Shown here: positions 9,361 to 18,489 of the stretch, one piece after another
Numbering within the stretch: position 1 is the stretch's first letter
Layout: each line of letters opens with the position of its first letter
DNA from: Balanoglossus misakiensis
Lineage: Eukaryota; Animalia; Hemichordata
NCBI GenBank assembly: GCA_040954595.2
Contig: CM082594.2
Coordinates: forward strand, 824,247-888,246
Length of the DNA stretch: 64,000 nt
Reading direction: 5' to 3'
Translations under genes and position numbers: made by a program
Notes under the pieces: model-generated
Databases searched by the model: none
The model's input: only the letters and a program-made list of their open reading frames with translations
What the model was told of the DNA's origin: nothing

Positions 9361-11080
9361 GCCTGTCTTAGGTCACCACTTCATAAGCGGTCTTACCCGT
9401 CATTGGCACAAACAGTCTCAGGAAGTAAGCTTTCAGCCTACCAATGTAGCTATTGTATTTTCCACTTTTTGTAAGTGAAGCCTGACTGTCGCCTGTCTTA
9501 GGTCACCACTTCATAAGCGGTCTTACCCGTCATTGGCACAAACAGTCTCAGGAAGTAAGCTTTCAGCCTACCAATGTAGCTATTGTATTTTCCACTTTTT
9601 GTAAGTGAAGCCTGACTGTCGCCTGTCTTAGGTCACCACTTCACAAGAGGTCTTACCCGTCATTGGCACAAACAGTCTCAGGAAGTAAGCTTTCAGCCTA
9701 CCAATGTAGCTATTGTATTTTCCACTTTTTGTAAGTGAAGCCTGACTGTCGCCTGTCTTAGGTCACCACTTCATAAGCGGTCTTACCCGTCATTGGCACA
9801 AACAGTCTCCGGAAGTAAGCTTTCAGCCTACCAACGTAGCTATTATATTTTCCACTTTTTGTAAGTGAAGCCTGACTGTCGCCTGTCTTAGGTCACCACT
9901 TCATAAGCGGTCTTACCCGTCATTGGCACAAACAGCCTCAGGAAGTAAGCTTTCAGCCTACCAATGTAGCTATTGTATTTTCCACTTTTTGTAAGTGAAG
10001 CCTGACTGTCGCCTGTCTTAGGTCACCACTTCATAAGCGGTCTTACCCGTCATTGGCACAAACAGCCTCAGGAAGTAAGCTTTCAGCCTACCAATGTAGC
10101 TATTGTATTTTCCACTTTTTGTAAGTGAAGCCTGACTGTCGCCTGTCTTAGGTCACCACTTCATATGAGGTCTTACCCGTCATTGGCACAAACAGTCTCA
10201 GGAAGTAAGCTTTCAGCCTACCAATGTAGCTATTGTATTTTCCACTTTTTGTAAGTGAAGCCTGACTGTCGCCTGTCTTAGGTCACCACTTCATAAGCGG
10301 TCTTACCCGTCATTGGCACAAACAGTCTCAGGAAGTGAGCTTTCAGCCTACCAATGTAGCTATTGTATTTTCCACTTTTTGGAAGTGAAGCCTGACTGTC
10401 GCCTGTCTTAGGTCACCACTTCATAAGCGGTCTTACCCGTCATTGGCACAAACAGTCTCAGGAAGTAAGCTTTCAGCCTACCAATGTAGCTATTATATTT
10501 TCCACTTTTTGTAAGTGAAGCCTGACTGTCGCCTGTCTTAGGTCACCACTTCATAAGCAGTATTACCCGTCATTGTCACAAACAGTCTCAGGAAGTAAGC
10601 TTTCAGCCTACCAATGTAGCTATTGCATTTTCCACTTTTTGTAAGTGAAGCCTGACTGTCGCCTGTCTTAGGTCACCACTTCATAAGCGGTCTTACCCGT
10701 CATTGGCACAAACAGTCTCAGGAAGTAAGCTTTCTGCCTACCAATGTAGCTATTATATTTTCCACTTTTTGTAAGTGAAGCCTGACTGTCGCCTGTCTTA
10801 GGTCACCACTTCATAAGCGGTATTACCCGTCATTGGCACAAACAGTCTCAGGACGTAAGCTTTCAGCCTACCAATGTAGCTATTGTATTTTCCACTTTTT
10901 GTAAGTAAAGCCTGACTGTCACCTGTCTTAGGTCACCACTTCATAAGCGGTCTTACCCGTCATTGGCACAAACAGTCTCAGGAAGTAAGCTTTTAGCCTA
11001 CCAATGTAGCTATTGTATTTTCCACTTTTTGTAAGTGAAGCCTGACTGTCGCCTGTCTTAGGTCACCACTTCATACGCGG
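9361..11080. repeat. 130-bp satellite, boundary block (~13 monomers)
   Basis: gcctgtcttaggtcaccacttcataagcggtcttacccgtcattggcacaaacagtctcaggaagtaagctttcagcctaccaatgtagctattgtattttccactttttgtaagtgaagcctgactgtc starts at 9361, 9491, 9621 and so on. Confidence 0.99.
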
Positions 11081-11934
11081 TGTTACGTAGGTTCAGTCGG
11101 CTATTGTTTTGTGACCAGGTGTGTTTTTCGTGTGCGTTTCGTTTGCTTTCTTTATTTGAATATTTAAGTGACCAGGTGTGAGGAATTAATTTTTGGCTAG
11201 TTTAAAAGCCCGCTCGTTGCCACGTTGTGCGAGTGGATGTTAATTTGACCTGGAGGACGTGCTGCTCGTTTGAACCGTCTTGGAAGCTGTGGCTGCTCTT
11301 CTGAACAATTTGTAAGTCGTGCTGTTTCGTGTGGAGCGGACTTTTGAAGCGGACTTTTGTGGAGCAGACTTTTGCGGACTTTTGTGGAGCAGACTTTTGC
11401 GGACTTTTGTGGAACCAGTTGGAGCTGGACTTTTGCCTGGACCGCCGTGTCGCTGTGTCTACGCTGAACTGCCGCCGAGTTGGAGCTGTCGTTGTGTCTA
11501 CGCTGAACTGCCGCCGAGTTGGAGCTGTCGTTGTGTCTACGCTGAACTGCCGCCGAGTTGGAGCTGTCGCCGTGTCGCTGTGTCTACACTGAATTATCGC
11601 TGAGTTGCTGTGTCTACGTGTCCTCCGTCAAGTCAGCGGAACGTTCTAGCGGACATTGGACTTGTTCTGTTTCAGTTTATGCACACCTGGTCACGTTTAA
11701 AAAGGTAGTTCACTTGTTTCTTGTGTGTTTCTTTAGTTTATAATATTTAATGTTCACGATTACTTTAGTTATTATTAAATTCGTTATAAATAAGGTGATT
11801 TGCTGGTTGATGTGACTTTTGTTGACCAACTTTGTTGCGTGCGGCGCTGGTTTGGTTCCTTACAAAGTACGCCATCCGGCTAGTGTGTTTATTGCTCGCC
11901 CTGTTTCGGCTGGAACGGCCAGCGTGTCGTAACA
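11081..11934 (+). repeat. 5' LTR of element 2
   Basis: TGTTACG...CGTAACA; about 9 substitutions versus 21387-22240. Confidence 0.97.
11336..11590 (+). repeat. LTR-internal minisatellites: (g/a)gacttttg repeats and three 39-bp units (same at 21642-21896)
   Basis: gacttttg recurs 7 times; tgtgtctacgctgaactgccgccgagttggagctgtcg occurs three times plus a partial copy. Confidence 0.9.
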
Positions 11935-11937
11935 AAT

Positions 11938-11955
11938 TGGGGGCTCGTCCGGGAT
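11938..11955 (+). promoter_or_regulatory. Primer-binding site, tRNA-Pro
   Basis: TGGGGGCTCGTCCGGGAT, the well-known tRNA-Pro PBS, after a 3-nt spacer from the LTR. Confidence 0.93.
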
Positions 11956-12013
11956 CTATCCTTGAATTCATTCAGTGCGCACGGTCAACAACGGTTCACA
12001 ATTACTATTCGTA

Positions 12014-13201
12014 ATGGCTTCCACAGCGGAGTTCAACGTAACTGAGTTTGTCAAAAATGAAAATTTAACTGTTGATGATTTACAACGTTTGCGAAAGGCA
12101 GAACTAAAGCAGGTAGCTGCTCATTTTGGTGTCAGTCTTGGTAGTAATGTAACAAAAAAGGAAATTATTGATAGTATTTCTGCTTTCCTTGGTTTGACTA
12201 AACATGGTATGCATAATGCTGAGAGTACTGAAGTGGCATTGGCAAAAATTGAACTTGAAAGAGAGAAATTAAGACTTGCTCAAGAAAGAGGAGAGGCCCA
12301 ATTATTGAGAGAAAAAGAAAGAGAACAATTCGAGTTGAGGAAGTTAGAACTTGAACTTCAGTTAAGTCGACAGAATCATGAACCTGTTCAGAGCACTACG
12401 AGAAGTTCTGATTTTGATGTTACTAAATATCTTAAGTTGGTCCCAAGGTTTTCTGAAGCCGAAGTAGATACTTACTTTTTGGCTTTTGAGAAAATTGCGA
12501 GACAACTTAAGTGGCCAACTAAATTTTGGACTTTGTTGCTTCAAAGTGTGTTTGTTGGGAAAGCCCAGGAAGTGTTTTCTTCCTTGTCCGATTCAGATTC
12601 TGAAGATTATGAAATTGTCAAGAAAGCAGTTCTATCCGCTTATGAGTTAGTTCCCGAGGCTTATAGACAGAAGTTTAGAAATTTAAGGAGACAGACTGGG
12701 CAAACCTTTGTTGAATTTGCAAGAGAGAAGGAAATTATATTTGATAGATGGTACCGTTCCTTGCAAACTGAAAAAGAATTTAATATACTGAGGGAGGTAA
12801 TACTCATGGAGGAATTTAAGAACAGCATCCCTTTGGACATTAGAACCCATATTGATGAACATAAAGTTACAGAACTAAAGCGGGCAGCTGTTATTGCTGA
12901 TGATTATGAGCTTACTCACAAGAAAAGTGGTAGTAGCTCACCTAATTATAATAGGTATGGTAATAAACCTTTCACTAATTATGCAAAATTTGATAACAGG
13001 GTAAATCATCCTAGTCCAGACAGAAAGGGCCAGTCTGTTGCTGCTAATAAGCCACCTGAGATTAGAAGGGGTCCTGTCTGTTTCCATTGTGGTAAAGTGG
13101 GGCACATTAAGTCTCACTGTTTGCAATGGAAGAAGAGTAACCAGAGGGATAGTAAACCTGTGGCTTTTGTTAATAGAAATGCGCGATATCCGTACAGATA
13201 G
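12014..13201 (+). CDS. gag: Gag with SCAN-like capsid region and CCHC zinc knuckle
   Basis: ATG at 12014 (MASTAEF); coiled coil; VPRFSEAEVDTYFLAFEKIA..W..LLLQSVFVGKAQ; YELVPEAYRQKFR; LREVILMEEF; CFHCGKVGHIKSHC. Confidence 0.9.
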   Translation: MASTAEFNVTEFVKNENLTVDDLQRLRKAELKQVAAHFGVSLGSNVTKKEIIDSISAFLGLTKHGMHNAESTEVALAKIELEREKLRLAQERGEAQLLREKEREQFELRKLELELQLSRQNHEPVQSTTRSSDFDVTKYLKLVPRFSEAEVDTYFLAFEKIARQLKWPTKFWTLLLQSVFVGKAQEVFSSLSDSDSEDYEIVKKAVLSAYELVPEAYRQKFRNLRRQTGQTFVEFAREKEIIFDRWYRSLQTEKEFNILREVILMEEFKNSIPLDIRTHIDEHKVTELKRAAVIADDYELTHKKSGSSSPNYNRYGNKPFTNYAKFDNRVNHPSPDRKGQSVAANKPPEIRRGPVCFHCGKVGHIKSHCLQWKKSNQRDSKPVAFVNRNARYPYR

Positions 13202-13831
13202 TCATATAAATATTGGTGATAAGTACCAAAGTTTGCCTGCACGAGATAACTGTAAAATCCCCAAGTCTATTCCTGACGGTTTTAGGGATTTTGTATCCCA
13301 AGGAGAGGTATCTGAATTATCTGACGTGCATGAAGTGAAGCCCATTATCATACTGAGGGATACTGGTGCCGCTCAATCATTAATGTTAGCAGACGTCTTG
13401 CCAGAGAATGTATGGCGTTCAATGGATACCAGAATGTTGCTGCAAGGTATAGGTGGTAATTTTGTTTCGGTTCCTTTGTGTGAGGTTAATTTGAATTCTG
13501 ACCTAGTCAATAGAGGGGGTAGATTTTCTCTTGGGGAATGATTTAGCTGGGGGAAAGGTTCAAGTCCCTCCCATACTTACTAAATTTCCATCTGTCCAAC
13601 CGGCCACAGAGGAATTAAAGGATACATTTCCGGGTATATTTCCATCATGTGCAGTTACCAGGTCACAGTCACGTGTTGCGCGTTTAGATGAGGCGAATTC
13701 TCCCGACGTTCCCAATTCTGGTGTTTGGTTGGCAGAAACATTTTTCAAAGATTTAGACAGTGGGGATGGTCTATCTAAACCTGGTGATTCTGAGACCGTG
13801 TTTACTCAGACTTCTCTAATAAAAGAACAAA
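13190..13831 (+). pseudogene. pol: Aspartic protease and linker, frameshifted
   Basis: IIILRDTGAAQSLML (GAT at 13359); a short deletion/frameshift at ~13515-13535 before LGNDL; CAVTRSQ; interrupted after LIKEQ by a nested insertion. Confidence 0.88.
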
Positions 13832-13835
13832 TAGT

Positions 13836-14899
13836 CAGGTGGAAATTTCAGAAAATGAGCATTTTAAAAGCATGTCAGGCATTTTTTGGTACAAGCTGGG
13901 AACAAGTTGTTTTTGGATATTTCGAATACGCTGATTTCGAATTTGCCTGTTCCCAAAAATTCTTTTCACGTTTTCATGTCGAAAATGGCAAATTAATTTG
14001 TGACGTCATAATTTCAAAATACCTAAAAGAAAACGCTGTTTGTAGCCATTATGGTGCAATATCACAGGTCAACACCATAATAGTCTATTGAAATCATATT
14101 CTTATATTCATTTAAATATTTGTAAACAATTTTTTTAATTTAGAAACATTTTGTGAATTGGTAAAATGCTAATTTATGTTAATTAGGTCCAGGTGGAAAT
14201 TTCAGAAAATGAGCATTTTAAAAGCATGTCATTCATTTTTTTGGTACAAGCTGGGAACAAGTTGTTTTTGGATATTTCGAATACGCTGACTTCGAATTTG
14301 CCTGTTCCCAAAAATTCTTTTCACGTTTTCATGTCGAAAATGGCAAATTAATTTGTGACGTCATAATTTCAAAATACCTAAAAGAAAACGCTGTTTGTAG
14401 CCATTATGGTGCAATATCACAGGTCAACACCATAATAGTCTATTGAAATCATATTCTTATATTCATTTAAATATTTTTAAACAATGTTTTTAATTTAGAA
14501 ACATTTTGTGAATTGGTAAAATGCTAATTTATGTTAATTAGGTCCAGGTGGAAATTTCAGAAAATGAGCATTTTAAAAGCATGTCATTCATTTTTTTGGT
14601 ACAAGCTGGGAACAAGTTGTTTTTGGATATTTCGAATACGCTGACTTCGAATTTGCCTGTTCCCAAAAATTCTTTTCACGTTTTCATGTCGAAAATGGCA
14701 AATTAATTTGTGACGTCATAATTTCAAAATACCTAAAAGAAAACGCTGTTTGTAGCCATTATGGTGCAATATCACAGGTCAACACCATAATAGTCTATTG
14801 AAATCATATTCTTATATTCATTTAAATATTTTTAAACAATTTGTTTAATTTAGAAACATTTGGTGAATTGGTAATAATGCTAATTTATGTTAATTAGGT
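13836..14899. repeat. Three near-identical ~355-bp tandem copies of the left end of the TIR element
   Basis: caggtggaaatttcagaaaatgagc starts at 13836, 14190 and 14545. Confidence 0.95.
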
Positions 14900-15219
14900 G
14901 ACACGCCCATCTAAAATCAATGGGTCTACAAAAGAGAGCCAACGGTGTTAAGTGAGGTGTCTATTCCAATGTTTTCAGGGTCAAGGAATTCAAATATGCA
15001 ATCGTTTACCTTGTCAGACAAGGTGCAGCATGAAAAATATGCAAAATTAGCTTAATTAGTCATGATGTCATGCTAAAATTGACAACTGAAAGCTAAAGAT
15101 ACGACTTTGGCCTGTCAGGTGTCTATTCATATGTTTTTTGACAAATGTTTGCATTTTAATGAATAACTGAAATGAAACTTTTCATATTTGTATGTAATAG
15201 CATGTAAAAAACAACAAAA

Positions 15220-15252
15220 TCAAACAAACTAACAAACAAACAAACAAATAAA
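15220..15252. repeat. Imperfect (AAAC)n microsatellite
   Basis: caaacaaactaacaaacaaacaaacaaataaa. Confidence 0.7.
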
Positions 15253-15730
15253 CATACACAACGAGGATTTAGTGTAGACTGTACATGCTCGCTGGTAACA
15301 TCGTGACCAACCGCTCCGTTAAAAAACACCAGAACATTGAACGTATGAACGTTTAGGTCCACAATTCACAAGTTATTGAACTATGAATGTATGTTCAATG
15401 TTGTGAAAAGCCAAAAACATACTTTTTGCCAACAAAACTGACATTTGTTAACGTACAAGTTGTTCATTAATAGCGAAAGCACCGTATGGCCACACTCACA
15501 TTATGCCAGCACCATATATTCATGCTTAGTTATAAGACGTTGAATGCACACTGATGGCCCGACGTCCTCGGTGTTTTTTTGAAACCCGGTCTCTAACAAC
15601 AATTTCTCTTCATAAGTAAAGAGTAATGTGTATTTTTATTACGGTTTTATATATGATACTGTGTGCAAAGTGAAGATTGTGTCAGTGAGGCAACATATAT
15701 ACATGTATGTTTAATCCACTTGGGTGTCGT

Positions 15731-17953
15731 ACTTGGCTCAGATGTGCGTTAATGTGTACTAAACAAATTCAGATAGCGAGCCACAATATCTGTTGATGAG
15801 TTTCCATGGCAATTTTTTTCAAAATGGCCGCCAATACAGATGATCTCACCCACAAAATACCAATTATAAAACACCAAAATAAATTCATATTACAATATTT
15901 GAAACAAGAAACTGCTCAAAGAGTAATTTTCAAAATATTTATCATCACTAAACTAGTTATAGGGGTAAATACAGGATCGAGATTCAGTCGCTAAAGAAAT
16001 TCAAGTTTGGTAATAACACCGGTTACAACAAACTTAGTTAAAACACTGTATAACCATAGATATATTATAATAGTGGCCTGGCATAAACAAAATTTTCATA
16101 ACATTTGGGCATTTTGTGATAAAAGTTTAACAAGTAAAGCTCAGTTGATTCGTTCTTTTCCCCATAAAAATATCTTTGATGAACAAAATTCCAAATTTAG
16201 TCAACCCAGGAAAAACGGCATCTTGTTTCTCAACCTTATAAATTGATCTGACCAGTTTGAATCAGTGCAGAATCTAGCTTTTCTATTTTATCTTCATCAA
16301 ATGATTTATGCAAATAAAGAATCACTTCCCCATAAAATGGTGGCAGAAATCCAGTATCATGACAGTCGATTGGTTTGTTAAAGTTACTATAGAAACTAAC
16401 TATGTCTAGGTTGCATGTACATAGATAGATGTTAGGAATCCAAATCAAAATCTGTTTCAAACTTTTCATCCAATACTTGTCCTTCGGAAAGTGTTTTGAT
16501 GAAGTCGCTTGAAGTGCTTTGTATTGCTCAAGTTATCGATAATTTTAATTGCACCTTGATGATAGTCAGCAGTTCTATTTTGACATGTTATTTTGTGTAT
16601 TTTTGAACCCCCAAAATCAAAGAATAAAATGATAAAGTGAAAATAAGCTTCAAAACACCAAAAGTCTTCAGGATCACAGCTTTTCTGTAAAGAGTAAGAT
16701 TTCGCTTACTTCATGCTATTAAATGAAATGAAGTTTTCCGTAATATCTCTTGCAAAGTCAGATTACACATTGAGATATTAGAATGGAAGTACATTCCAAG
16801 TGACTTGTTGGGAGCATTGGGCCACCTAATCCCAGAAAATTGCAATAAGACCTGTTTTTTCCATTTACCAATCTAAAGGCCAACTGCTTGTATATTTAGT
16901 TGGGTTTCTATAATTAACACACATTTTTGACAATATTTATGGCATGATGGACACTATTCTCGACAAATAAAATAATGTTGTGTCCTCCGCTGTAATTTTT
17001 ATGAGTTTGGAATCATAGACACCATTTATTTTTTGGTCAACTCTGTTAACAGTCGACAAAATTGCTGGAGTGGAACTGATACATGATCTAAAGTATCAAG
17101 ACATATGGTCGATTATTAACGTTTCAGCAATTCGACTTAAGTTTCTTAAATTTCCTATGGCATTTTGACAAACATCAACGCCCCGAAAAAACGTTGTCAA
17201 CGCTGCGGTCGCGATTGTGGTCGAAACAAAGCCGACATTTTCGCATGGTTCGTTACCCGGGGTCCATTTAGATTGCATTGCGTTTGAGGCCCTATGTGTA
17301 TGTCTGACGACCAATAAACGTGACGACCGCGGACTCAGTTTGGATCAACGTCTATTTCGGGCAGTAGACTCTCCTATCAAGTTGATAAGGAAATTTTACC
17401 AGTCACGAGTAAGCCAAGCCCACATCCGTGTGCAAATCTGATATATCGGTGATCTGTTTATATGATTATCATTAGCTAAGGTGGTAAACTGTTGTGATTC
17501 ATATGTGTAATTTACGTACTGCAAGTTAAATATCGCAATTAGCCTAATGTTTGACCATAGACAGTATGGTTTGATTTCTAGAGGAGCACCTATTAATCCG
17601 AGAACAAAGGGATTAAAAGTTGCGCCGTTAAATTGTGTTTTAATAACTTACTTACCCCTATAAGTAGTTTAGTAACCATAATATCTTTGAAAATCATTGT
17701 TTCCACAGTTCCTTGTATCAAATATAGAAATCTAAATTTATTTTGGTGTTCACAGATGTTATTTGGTGGGTGAAATTATCTGTATTGGTGGCCATTTTGA
17801 AAAATTGGTTGCCATGGAAACTCATCAACAGATATTTAGTGGCTCGCTATCTGAATTTGTTTAGTACACATTAACACACATCTGAGCCAAGTTTGGTGCT
17901 TTTATCACAAAATGCACAATCGCTATGAAAATTAGGGTTTGGCCGCTCCACTA
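15731..17953. mobile_element. Second, inner long-TIR element (Academ-like), left terminus missing
   Basis: 15731-15968 is the diverged reverse complement of 17652-17892 (acttggctcagatgtg.gttaatgtgtactaaacaaattcagatagcgagccac...). The right arm continues to ...GGCCGCTCCACTA at 17953, taken as the terminus. Confidence 0.75.
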
Positions 17954-18489
17954 CAGGGCTTTAGACGGCCATATTGAATTGCCACATCGAGGCTCTTATC
18001 TCAAAATGAACTTCACACTTGAAGTATTGTTTTGAACAAGGTTTAAGTCCTTTACTAAAATAAAGAAAAGGTTATTCTTTCCAATGGTTGTGAGTTTTCA
18101 GTACATGTACTGTTACACCTAGCTTTATTATTATTTGGTAGCCAAAAATCAACGAATTATTCATACAATATGCAAATTTGTGCATAATTATTGTTTTATT
18201 ATTGCTATTTTGTGTTTATACAACCAAAAAAGTTGTTGATGTAAACATGTAGTTTATTTTCATTGTTTAAGGAGGTACGTGAACATTTCTTTGATGCTAT
18301 TCATGTGAGAATTGCGATCCTTGGCGGCCATATTTGATTTGCCAAAACGAGGCTCTTATCTCAAAAAGATCTTTTGGGAACAGGCATTTTCGAAATCAGC
18401 GTAGTCGAATTGACCAAAAAACATATTTGGTTTGCTTGTACCAAAAAATGCCAGAGGGGGTCACAATTTCTCAAATCTCCACCTGACTA

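Larger units (their letters stand above)
13832..18489. mobile_element. Nested non-autonomous TIR DNA transposon with TAG...CTA termini (Academ-like), 4.66 kb
   Basis: Left TAGTCAGGTGGAAATTTCAGAAA versus right reverse complement TAGTCAGGTGGAGATTTGAGAAA; imperfect IR extends ~130 bp (ggcattttttggtacaagc...tacgctgatttcgaa..tgcctgttcccaaaa). It sits in an A-run, and restoring pol EQKADP implies a 3-bp AAA TSD. Confidence 0.85.

Noticed and set aside
11319-11603. Cys-rich ORF with 13-aa repeats (CRCVYAELPPSWS), also at 21625-21909
   Set aside because: Translation of the 39-bp LTR minisatellite; non-ATG start and no coding evidence.
13150-13210. Programmed gag-pol frameshift
   Set aside because: The shift is +1 with no evident slippery site, and the element has several other disabling indels, so mutation is more likely.
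13831-14091. C-terminal extension of the protease-linker ORF
   Set aside because: Chance read-through into the nested TIR element.
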